From the NCBI GenBank assembly GCA_963677595.1, contig OY782041.1, positions 32,001 to 96,000 on the forward strand: a stretch of 64,000 nucleotides of DNA. Reading direction: 5' to 3'. The position numbers were made by a program, and so were the translations under genes. The first letter of the stretch is position 1; every line of letters begins with the position of its first letter. The notes under the pieces were generated by a model. The model worked only from the letters and a program-made list of their open reading frames with translations, had not been told where the DNA came from and made no database searches. This DNA is from Spirochaetia bacterium (GTDB taxonomy: Bacteria; Spirochaetota; Spirochaetia; CAKZLE01). Shown piece after piece: positions 40,044 to 48,701 of the stretch.

Positions 40044-40403
40044 TCAATACTGGACGAACCAGTTCATGGCTGCTCCCTCGTTAGAGAAGAGGCGGAGATC
40101 CATCCGGGTATCGGTAGCGATGGAGGAACCATCAGGGGTGTTCTCATCTGAGACGAGCACCCCCATCTTGATCTTGCTCGGCAGGGTGTTGTGAAGGTTC
40201 TGCGAGACGATGAACTGCTCGAAGACCTGCAGGTCCTCCAAAGGGAGATCCCTGAAGTCGACGAGGATGTTGTTCCAGCGCTTGAACGCGAGGACATTCA
40301 TCATCTCCGGCAGTGCTTTTGACCCGATCCCGTGCCTGAACATCTGGTGGTGGACAACGATCACCAGCTTATGTTCCTGGTTGAGGCGTATTTCGTATGA
40401 CAA
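40044..40403 (-). CDS. Hypothetical protein, STAS/SEC14-like
   Basis: ILVDFRD and terminal FSNEGAAMNW pattern; AAGGAG SD with TTG start. Confidence 0.6.
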   Translation of the reverse strand: MSYEIRLNQEHKLVIVVHHQMFRHGIGSKALPEMMNVLAFKRWNNILVDFRDLPLEDLQVFEQFIVSQNLHNTLPSKIKMGVLVSDENTPDGSSIATDTRMDLRLFSNEGAAMNWFVQY

Positions 40404-40502
40404 AGAGGCTACTCCTTATGACAGTCTCGAAGTATCTACTCACTCATTCGTAGGGGAATTGTATCACAGGATCCTCAGTTGTAAAGATGAAAAATGATTC
40501 TT

Positions 40503-41258
40503 CTATTCAGTTTTCTTCCGCTTGTCGCGCAGGTAGACGGCCTTGAACGGCCCCTGGCCCATCATACGCTCATCGATATCGAAGAGCTTGATAGCCTTGA
40601 CCAGGTCACCGAGTTTCTTGTAGCCGTAGTTCCTCGGGTCGAACTCCGGAGAGCGCTTCGCGATGTTGCTGCCTACGGTCGCAAGATGCGCCCAGCCGCC
40701 GTCATCGGAGCCCATCTCCACGGCATTCCGCAGGAGCTGTACGAGCTTGGTGTCCTGCTTCATCTCCGAAGTCGATTTCCGGGGAGTTGCCTTCTCCTCA
40801 TCATCATCGTCATTGGATCGGAGCACCTCAGTGAAGATGAACTTGTCACAGGCTGCCACGAAGGCATTCGGGGTCTTCTTCTCACCGAACCCATAGGTCC
40901 TCAAGCCAGATTCCCTGATCCTGGAAGCCAGCTTGGTGAAGTCGCTGTCACTCGATACGATGGCGAAGGCATTGAAGTTCCCGGTATAGAGCAGGTCCAT
41001 GGCATCGATGATCATGGCGCTGTCGGTGGCGTTCTTACCCGTCGTGTACCCGAACTGCTGGATCGGCTGGATCGAGTGCTGCAGGAGCACCTCCTTCCAC
41101 CCGTTGAGCCTCGGGGAGGTCCAGTCCCCGTAGATCCGCTTCACGTGGGCTGTCCCGTACTTCGAGATCTCCAGCAGCAGGCCCTCGATGATGGCCGGCT
41201 GTGCGTTATCTGCATCTATTAATACAGCGATCTTGTCGCTGCCTATCGATTCTGACAT
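40503..41258 (-). CDS. NYN (LabA/DUF88) nuclease with OST-HTH/LOTUS domain
   Basis: LIDADN, RIYGDW, GKNATD..DAMD, VSSDSDF, FDPRNYGYKKL. Confidence 0.9.
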   Translation of the reverse strand: MSESIGSDKIAVLIDADNAQPAIIEGLLLEISKYGTAHVKRIYGDWTSPRLNGWKEVLLQHSIQPIQQFGYTTGKNATDSAMIIDAMDLLYTGNFNAFAIVSSDSDFTKLASRIRESGLRTYGFGEKKTPNAFVAACDKFIFTEVLRSNDDDDEEKATPRKSTSEMKQDTKLVQLLRNAVEMGSDDGGWAHLATVGSNIAKRSPEFDPRNYGYKKLGDLVKAIKLFDIDERMMGQGPFKAVYLRDKRKKTE

Positions 41259-41341
41259 GTTCGTCTCTCCTTGGTTGTCGTCACTGCCAGTGTAGCATAT
41301 CGTGGGGGAAACTACTATACGGTATTACTCCCCTGTGTGAT

Positions 41342-42331
41342 TCAGTACTTCACCCGCCGGTACCGCTGCCTGCTGCTGTTTGGTTTCTCAGGGACAGTCA
41401 TCTCTACGAACCCCAGCCGTATCGCCGGCAGCAGATAGTTGTCCCGGAAGGTCGGCCTGTGGGTGATACCCACTCGCCACATCAACTCCTTCGTGCTGAG
41501 AGGTGCATCTTCCATGACCGACAGCAACCTCTTCACTTGTACGCTTACTTGTTCGGTGACTTGTTCGGTCTCCGCCAATTCAGCCAGGGAATCATGGAAC
41601 GCCTGGAGCATGAACTCTATGAACAGCCCTGAGTCAGCTCTACGGTCACACTCACCCAGTACCCGGTAATATGCATCCTGGCGTTCCTTGATCAGGGTCT
41701 CGACAGGTACCCAGCCAAACAGCCTCTTCCAACGGTACAGGATCAAAGTCTGCCACATACGCCCCATACGCCCATTCCCATCTATGAAGGGATGGATGAA
41801 CTCGAACTCGTAGTGGAACACACAGCTCTTGATCAGGGGATGAGTCTCCGCATGTTCAACCCAATGCAGCAGGTCTCGTATGTGTCCGGGAACCAGATCA
41901 GCAGGCGGCGCCATATGGATCAACTGTGGCCCTGCAAACACACCGACACCGCCGGACCGAAAACATCCAGCCTCTTTCGTCAGGTCTCTCATAAGGATCC
42001 TGTGAGCCACAAGCAGCGATTCGTACGCATAGGGATCCAGGTCCAGAAGGCTCTCATATGCTTCATAGGCATTCTTGACCTCCTGAATATCCTGGGCAGG
42101 CCCAAGGACCCTCCGGCCCTGGATAACAGCAGTGACCTGATCGACGGACAGGGAGTTGTTCTCTATGGCTAGGGAGGCCTGGATCATCCTGATCCTGCCC
42201 TCTCGTCTCAACCTCGGGCTGACACCAAAGACATCCCGCAATGTCAATTCGGTTACCAGCTCCATGATATCAGAGAGCAGTTGTATCATCCGGTCGGAAA
42301 CGGTAAACGGCGGTCTATACGGCATGGTCAC
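41342..42331 (-). CDS. Fic family protein with N-terminal SLAIEN autoinhibitory motif and C-terminal HTH
   Basis: HPFIDGNGRMGR; SLAIEN; KPNSSRQRY. Confidence 0.92.
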   Translation of the reverse strand: MTMPYRPPFTVSDRMIQLLSDIMELVTELTLRDVFGVSPRLRREGRIRMIQASLAIENNSLSVDQVTAVIQGRRVLGPAQDIQEVKNAYEAYESLLDLDPYAYESLLVAHRILMRDLTKEAGCFRSGGVGVFAGPQLIHMAPPADLVPGHIRDLLHWVEHAETHPLIKSCVFHYEFEFIHPFIDGNGRMGRMWQTLILYRWKRLFGWVPVETLIKERQDAYYRVLGECDRRADSGLFIEFMLQAFHDSLAELAETEQVTEQVSVQVKRLLSVMEDAPLSTKELMWRVGITHRPTFRDNYLLPAIRLGFVEMTVPEKPNSSRQRYRRVKY

Positions 42332-42403
42332 CCTCCTCCCTTCTTGTACTCATTATACCGTACAAGTCAGATTTGCAGAAGAGAGTATCTCTCGTATCTT
42401 TCC

Positions 42404-42462
42404 TACACTTTTATCTTGTAATAAGTGTATCTTTTTAACATTTTTTACTTGTATAAAGTGTA
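42404..42462. promoter_or_regulatory. Two 26-bp related inverted repeats 33 bp apart in the Fic/ATPase divergent region
   Basis: tacactt-N12-aagtgta (42404-42429) and aacattt-N12-aagtgta (42437-42462). Confidence 0.6.
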
Positions 42463-42508
42463 CAGATATAACATAATTACCATGAAATTAGTGTTTAGGA
42501 GAAGTACA

Positions 42509-43816
42509 GTGAGACGGATACTGCTGAAAGAACTTCTGGAATGGAAGGCCCTGCCCCATAGGAAACCGCTGCTCATCGATGGTGCAAGACAGGTGGGGAA
42601 GTCATACCTGATTGAAGAACTCTTCGGGAAAGCTCATTTCGAGCATGTCTATACGTTCGATTTCAGGGAGGATAAGGAGCTTGCTGCAGCATTCGGCAGT
42701 TCACTCAATCCAGATTCCATTATCAGGTTACTCCAGCTGAAGATACAGAAAAAGATCGATCCCGAGCATGACCTGATCTTCTTCGATGAGATCGGGGAAT
42801 GCCAGCAGGCCCTGGACTCCCTTAAGTACTTTGCGGAGAAGAAACCTCATATGTATGTGTGTGCCTCCGGATCCAATATGGGCTTGATCACTTCGTTCCC
42901 GGTAGGGAAGACCCATGACCTTGAGCTGTTCCCAATGAACTTCCGTGAGTTCCTGTGGGCTTCGGGGAATGAACTGCTCTTGGAGGAGTTTGACAGGATG
43001 AGTACCGGACCGGTAATCCATGCTGCATTATGGAGCCTCCTGCTTGATTATTTCTTTACCGGGGGACTGCCTGAAGCAGTTACGGCATGGTTCTCATACA
43101 CAGATATCATTGACAGGACAAAAGCGGTAACAGCAGTTCACAGGAGGCTTCTGCAGGGCTATCTCCGAGACTTCGGGAAATACAGCGGCAAGGAGAACGC
43201 CCTCCACATAGAGCAGGTATTCATGAATGCTCCCCAGCAGCTGCAGAGCGTACGGGATGGGTCAGTCAGGCGGTATGAGTTCAAACAGGCAATACCCGGG
43301 AAGAAACGGTACCTGCAGCTGCGGGGTCCGGTTGACTGGCTGGAAAGATCCAGGCTGTTATCAAAGAACTATATCATTGATTCCCAGCCAAGAACCCCCT
43401 TGCGGACACTCACGAGAGAGAACATATTCAAACTCTATTTCTTCGATATCGGGCTGCTGCACCACATACTCGAGATGAGCTACCAGGAGATCCTTTCAGG
43501 GGAGATCTCCTATAAAGGATTCGCAGCCGAGAACTTCATCCAGAATGAACTGCTGGTCAAGCATAGATATCCAACCTATTCGTGGTCTGAACGCACATCT
43601 GAGATCGAGTTCATCCTCAAGGATACACAGGGAGCATTAGTCCCCCTGGAGGTGAAGAGCGGAAACAGGACCAGGGCAAAGAGCCTGTCTGTATATAGGG
43701 ATAAGTACCATCCCGAGCGATCGGTAAAACTGACAGGGAAAGAGAGTGCTTCATTCGGGAAGCATGCAGTCCTGCCCCTCTATTATATCGACCATATCAA
43801 CAGGTTGCTTGAGTGA
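42509..43816 (+). CDS. AAA_14 ATPase with DUF4143 domain
   Basis: GARQVGKS, FFDEI, SFPVGK, GGLPE, KLYFFDIGL, PLEVKSG; GTG start after AGGAG. Confidence 0.9.
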   Translation: MRRILLKELLEWKALPHRKPLLIDGARQVGKSYLIEELFGKAHFEHVYTFDFREDKELAAAFGSSLNPDSIIRLLQLKIQKKIDPEHDLIFFDEIGECQQALDSLKYFAEKKPHMYVCASGSNMGLITSFPVGKTHDLELFPMNFREFLWASGNELLLEEFDRMSTGPVIHAALWSLLLDYFFTGGLPEAVTAWFSYTDIIDRTKAVTAVHRRLLQGYLRDFGKYSGKENALHIEQVFMNAPQQLQSVRDGSVRRYEFKQAIPGKKRYLQLRGPVDWLERSRLLSKNYIIDSQPRTPLRTLTRENIFKLYFFDIGLLHHILEMSYQEILSGEISYKGFAAENFIQNELLVKHRYPTYSWSERTSEIEFILKDTQGALVPLEVKSGNRTRAKSLSVYRDKYHPERSVKLTGKESASFGKHAVLPLYYIDHINRLLE

Positions 43817-43950
43817 TATCAATTCTGTAATGCAGAAAATCATCTTGTTCTTATCATAAGTAATGGAGAATTCAAGAATAGAGATTGCGTGTTAATCATC
43901 CCAAATGGCTGGTTGACCACGCATGTGAAGCGTCCATAAGTTCCAAACCC

Positions 43951-45357
43951 TTAATACACAATTTCAAACCCGAAGAACCGGGAGGCATTCCCAAAGCAGA
44001 TATCTTCTACCATGGAACCGATAAGTGAGAAATCACTTGGGAGTAGTCCTCTTTTCATATCTTTCCCAAGAATATTGCAGAGAACCCTCCTGAAGTACTC
44101 ATGCCTCGTATAGGACAGAAAGGAACGGCTGTCAGTGAGCATCCCAACGAATCGCCGCAGCAGCCCAAGCTGTGACAGGGCTTCAATATGTCTTTCTATA
44201 CCATCTTTCTGGTCCATGAACCACCAACCGCTCCCAAGCTGGATCTTTCCTGCAGTACTCCCATCCTGGAAATTCCCAATCATAGCTGCCATCATCTCGT
44301 TGTCTCTCGGATTCAAGTTATACAGGATCATCTTTGGCAGGTTCCCATCATCATCAAGCCTATCAAGATATCGGGAGAGAGGGTGTGCTATATTCCGATC
44401 ATCGATCGAGTCAAATCCCAGATCCCCGCCGAGCTGCCGGAACATACGTGAGTTGGTATTCCTTAGAGCCCCGATATGAAGCTGTTTCGTCCAGCCTCTC
44501 GCTGCATCCATCCTACCAAATTCCAGCATGAGGGCGAACTTGAATTTTTCAGCCTTTCCAGGAGCAGGTGCCGCCCCGTCGTAGGCTTTCCTGAAGATCG
44601 CCCGGATTTCTGAATCAGTGAAATCCGGGGCTGACCATCCCTCCAGGCTGTGATCGGAAAGACGACAACCTACATTATGAAAGAATTCATGACGGATCTG
44701 CAGGGCAGTGACAAGATTATCGTAGGTACATATCTCCATATCGGCTGCCTGTTCAAGGTCCCTGAGATAGTCACCCCAACCAGGCTTCTCAATAGCGAGT
44801 ATTCTATCCGGACGCCATGTGGGAAACATCTGGATCCCGAAAGGATCCTGCTGTATCCTCTTATGGTGTTCCAAGCTGTCAATGGGGTCATCAGTGGTAC
44901 AGATCAGGACTACATTGCTGTCACACATCAACTGTCTGGCAGACATACTCCTGTTCAATATTTCACCGGTCCTATCCCAGACCTCATCCGCTGTCTCCCC
45001 GGATAATAACAGGTCATCGATATCAAAATACCTAGCAAGCTCCAGATGGCACCAGTGGTACATGGGATTCTTCAGAAGATACGGCATGGTCTCAGCGAAT
45101 TTCTGGAATTTATCCCGGTCCGGTGCATCTCCGGTACAGTACCTCTCAGGAATACCATTACTCCGCATGGCACGCCATTTGTAGTGATCGCCGCTGAGCC
45201 ACAGCTGAGTGATATTCTCCCAGGTTCGGTCATTGGATACATCAGCAGGGTCCAGATGACAGTGGTAATCTATGATCGGCTGGCTTTCAGCAAAGTCATG
45301 ATACAGTCTTGATGCATATCTGTTCTCCAGAAGAAACTCACTGTTAATAAAGGGCAT
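43951..45357 (-). CDS. uxaC: Uronate isomerase
   Basis: IIDYHCHL, DHYKWRAMR, TTDDP, GSGWWF, MLTDSRSFLSYTRHEYFRR. Confidence 0.95.
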   Translation of the reverse strand: MPFINSEFLLENRYASRLYHDFAESQPIIDYHCHLDPADVSNDRTWENITQLWLSGDHYKWRAMRSNGIPERYCTGDAPDRDKFQKFAETMPYLLKNPMYHWCHLELARYFDIDDLLLSGETADEVWDRTGEILNRSMSARQLMCDSNVVLICTTDDPIDSLEHHKRIQQDPFGIQMFPTWRPDRILAIEKPGWGDYLRDLEQAADMEICTYDNLVTALQIRHEFFHNVGCRLSDHSLEGWSAPDFTDSEIRAIFRKAYDGAAPAPGKAEKFKFALMLEFGRMDAARGWTKQLHIGALRNTNSRMFRQLGGDLGFDSIDDRNIAHPLSRYLDRLDDDGNLPKMILYNLNPRDNEMMAAMIGNFQDGSTAGKIQLGSGWWFMDQKDGIERHIEALSQLGLLRRFVGMLTDSRSFLSYTRHEYFRRVLCNILGKDMKRGLLPSDFSLIGSMVEDICFGNASRFFGFEIVY

Positions 45358-45409
45358 GGGCACTCTCCTTCCTGCAATCTGGCAGCTGTCAGGAATTCTG
45401 CTTGACAAC

Positions 45410-46645
45410 TCAGTCCTGGAAGATCTCCAGCAACTCAGGGAATGAACGTAATATCCCCAGCTCCAATCCCCGTAATTCAGCCAGGCCCCGTAGTCTGCCA
45501 ATCGCAGTATACCCTGGATTATCAGCAGCAGGCTTCTCGAGGTCATCCATCATAGTATGCCCATGGTCAGGTCTGAAGGCTAGACGCCAGTCTGAACGAC
45601 CTGCCTCCTTTCGCCTGGCCATCTCCTTCAAGAGTTCCCGGATGACTTCGTACATGTCAACGGATCCTTCAAGATGGTTGGCTTCGTAGAAACTACCGTC
45701 GGGATTCTTTTGTGTACTTCGCAGATGGGCCACATGGATCCGACTCCCGAACTCCCTGATCATCTCGGGCAGATCATTATCAAGAATGGCACTGTAGCTC
45801 CCCGTACAGAAACAGAGCCCGTTTGCCTGGTCATTTTCCATAGCCAGGATATCGCGGATATCCTCTGCACAACTGACGATACGAGGCAGCCCCATAATGC
45901 TCCATGGGGGATCGTCTGGATGCACCGCCATTCTCACTCCGGCCTCTGAAGCTGCAGGAATGACAGCTTCGAGGAACAGCCTGTAATGCTCCTTCAGGGT
46001 CTCCTTATCGATATCCCGGTACTTCGCCAGCATGTCTCTGATATCCTGGATACCCAGCCCCATCTTGGTCCCTGGAAATACATCGATCAAGCCTCTCTCA
46101 AAGGATTCTCTCTCTGCATCGTTCAAGGAATTGAAGAATATCTCAGCCTGTTTCAACTGTTCAGGAGTATAACTCTTTTCGGCCCCTTCCCGCTGAAGGA
46201 GGTATATCTCGAATGCAGCAAACTGGACAGGATCGTAGTAAAGGCACTCGGTGCCGTCTTCCAAGGTATGTCTCAGGTCTGTCCTGACCCAGTCGAGTAC
46301 CGGCATGAAGTTATAGATGACAACCTCGATCCCAGCAGCCCCCAGGTTCTTCAGGCTAGTTATATAATGTTCGATATATTCCTCGTAACGGCCTGTCCTG
46401 GTCTTTATATCTTCATGGACAGGGACTGACTCTACGGCAGCCCAGCGTAATCCCTTGTCCTCGATCATTCTCTTTCGTTCCATGATGGCATCCAACGGCC
46501 ATGGCTCGCCGTATGGAATCTGGTGCAGACTCGTAATGACAGCTTCTGCCCCTGTCATCCTGATGAAATCCAACTTAACCGAGTCCGTTGGACCGTACCA
46601 CCTGAAGGCTTCTTCCATGATATTAGAGACGCATCCAGTCTTCAT
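45410..46645 (-). CDS. uxuA: Mannonate dehydratase
   Basis: FRWYG, VESVPVHEDIK, YNFMPVLDW, HPDDPP, RPDHGH, PGY..IGRL. Confidence 0.95.
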   Translation of the reverse strand: MKTGCVSNIMEEAFRWYGPTDSVKLDFIRMTGAEAVITSLHQIPYGEPWPLDAIMERKRMIEDKGLRWAAVESVPVHEDIKTRTGRYEEYIEHYITSLKNLGAAGIEVVIYNFMPVLDWVRTDLRHTLEDGTECLYYDPVQFAAFEIYLLQREGAEKSYTPEQLKQAEIFFNSLNDAERESFERGLIDVFPGTKMGLGIQDIRDMLAKYRDIDKETLKEHYRLFLEAVIPAASEAGVRMAVHPDDPPWSIMGLPRIVSCAEDIRDILAMENDQANGLCFCTGSYSAILDNDLPEMIREFGSRIHVAHLRSTQKNPDGSFYEANHLEGSVDMYEVIRELLKEMARRKEAGRSDWRLAFRPDHGHTMMDDLEKPAADNPGYTAIGRLRGLAELRGLELGILRSFPELLEIFQD

Positions 46646-46648
46646 AAC

Positions 46649-47494
46649 TCACACTCCCGAATAAGCGGAGAATCCCCCGTCAACCGGCACAACAATTCCA
46701 TTGACGAACCCGGAAGCTTCGTGGTCCACCAGCCAGTACAGGGTCCCCAGTAGTTCCTCTGGCTTCCCGAATCGCCCCATGGGGGTATTGTTCAGAATCT
46801 TTACAGCCCGTTCGGTAAAAGTCCCATCCTCGTTCAGCAGCAATGCCCTGTTCTGGTTGGTCTGAAAGAACCCTGGTGCCATGGCATTGACCCGGATCCC
46901 AACCTTTGCCATATGCACCGCCAGCCATTGGGTAAAATTGCTGACAGCAGCTTTCGCACCGCTGTAAGCCGGAATTTTGGTCAGTGGGGTAAATGCATTC
47001 ATAGATGATATATTGACGATGCAGCACCCTTCCTTGCCTACCATGGATTTCGTGAACACCTGGGACGGCAGCAGCGTCCCGAGAAAGTTCAGGTCGAACA
47101 CGAATCTGATTCCCTGCTCGTCCAAGTCATAGAATGTCTTCAAATCATCCTGTCCAAGATCCTCTGGAAGCAGAAATTCATTGTCTGTCGTTCCTTTGGG
47201 ATGATTCCCTCCCGCTCCGTTGAGCAGGATCGAACACTCCCCTAGTTCCTTCCGTACAATAGCTGCGGCCTTTTCCAGGCTCTCCTTCTCCAGCACATTC
47301 GCTTTGATACCTATAGCGGTATGCCCTATACTGCAAATATGATCAGCAACTCTTTTTGCAGCCTCTTCGTCCAGGTCCAGGACTGCAACGGAGGCGCCGG
47401 CTCTCGCCAGTGCCTCGGCAAATGCCGCACAGAGGACTCCTCCGCCTCCTGTTACAACTGCGACTTTCCCCTTTAAATCTGGTAAATGTGACAT
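46649..47494 (-). CDS. uxuB: SDR-type D-mannonate oxidoreductase
   Basis: TGGGGVL, NGAGGNHPKGTT, PLTKIPAYSGAK, DGGFSAYSGV; next to uxuA. Confidence 0.85.
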   Translation of the reverse strand: MSHLPDLKGKVAVVTGGGGVLCAAFAEALARAGASVAVLDLDEEAAKRVADHICSIGHTAIGIKANVLEKESLEKAAAIVRKELGECSILLNGAGGNHPKGTTDNEFLLPEDLGQDDLKTFYDLDEQGIRFVFDLNFLGTLLPSQVFTKSMVGKEGCCIVNISSMNAFTPLTKIPAYSGAKAAVSNFTQWLAVHMAKVGIRVNAMAPGFFQTNQNRALLLNEDGTFTERAVKILNNTPMGRFGKPEELLGTLYWLVDHEASGFVNGIVVPVDGGFSAYSGV

Positions 47495-47606
47495 ATTCAG
47501 TATTTCTCCTATTATTCAGATACATATTCAGTATTTACATGATGTATTCATCCTGAAACTATATTCATATCAGGAGAATCTGTAGAGTATCCCTGCTACT
47601 ATATGC

Positions 47607-48701
47607 TCAGACACTTCTGAAGCTTCCGACAGAAAGAATCCCCTCAGTATTCTGGAAGTGCTTGTCTATAAAACTCAGATACAGTTCCCAGTCAGTGATA
47701 CGGCAGCTATGTTCACCAGTGCGATTATGATAAGCGATCCAACCATCAGGATTTACCGTTGTATCCAGGGTGATTTCTGACCCTGAGCTGATCCCCAGCT
47801 TCTCATATAAGGCATAAACGGACGATGCCAGAACAACTGATTCGAATTCTTTGTAAGGGTCAGCCCATGTATCCTCGGAAGAGCTTGACACATATAATGG
47901 ACGCGGGGCTATACATGCCAACAACATATGCTGATCCACTGGCAGAGCATCTTCCTGATCAGCGTAATCTGCATATTTCCTGCACATCCAATGGGGAAAG
48001 CTACGTGTAATATCCGCGATTTGCTCACCGGTCTTCCCCCTGGTCATAGCGGCTCCTGAACAGCCGGAACTGCTTGATATGACCAGATCGACACGGGGAT
48101 CCTGAGCCGCACACCATAGAGCCGACTTCCCGCCACGGGAAAACCCGCTTACCGCAATACGTCTATCACTGAAATAATCAATGACACGACTAGCTGCCCA
48201 TGCCCAGACCCCTATTGCTCCCCAGGTGCTGCTTCCTTCCTTTGACTGTGTGACTTCATAAATCCCTTTTTGATAGAGGTCCGGATCATCGAGACAGGCT
48301 TCATCCACCTGCGCACACACAGCAGTATACCCTTGCCGTGTTATAATATCGATGGGAAACTGGTTATAGTTGCGATCCTGAGAATGTGGTATAGATGGAT
48401 TGTGCGTGAACGGATCGATCATCAGGATCACCGGCCCTCCCGGAGTGAGGGGATTGTTGAAGACCCGTGAGCGAAAAGATGTTTCCAGGTTATTGGCGCT
48501 GATTCTCGTTGTCAAGAGAGACTCTTCAATGCCATCTCCTTGGTCCCGGTTAATTCGTACCAGAGTATGGTCTACCTGCAAGCATTCAACCGAGGGAGTA
48601 TATCCATATACATGTTCCTGAAAAAGATCTAATATCTTAATCCTCCGCTCTGTCTCCCAAGCATAGAATCCGGTCCCATATCCGAATATTTCAGGAATCA
48701 T
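47607..48701 (-). CDS. CE15 glucuronoyl esterase-like alpha/beta hydrolase, no signal peptide
   Basis: WGAIGVWAW, GFSRGGK nucleophile elbow, SGCSGA, FPHW, DQH, WADP, GEH. Confidence 0.8.
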   Translation of the reverse strand: MIPEIFGYGTGFYAWETERRIKILDLFQEHVYGYTPSVECLQVDHTLVRINRDQGDGIEESLLTTRISANNLETSFRSRVFNNPLTPGGPVILMIDPFTHNPSIPHSQDRNYNQFPIDIITRQGYTAVCAQVDEACLDDPDLYQKGIYEVTQSKEGSSTWGAIGVWAWAASRVIDYFSDRRIAVSGFSRGGKSALWCAAQDPRVDLVISSSSGCSGAAMTRGKTGEQIADITRSFPHWMCRKYADYADQEDALPVDQHMLLACIAPRPLYVSSSSEDTWADPYKEFESVVLASSVYALYEKLGISSGSEITLDTTVNPDGWIAYHNRTGEHSCRITDWELYLSFIDKHFQNTEGILSVGSFRSV

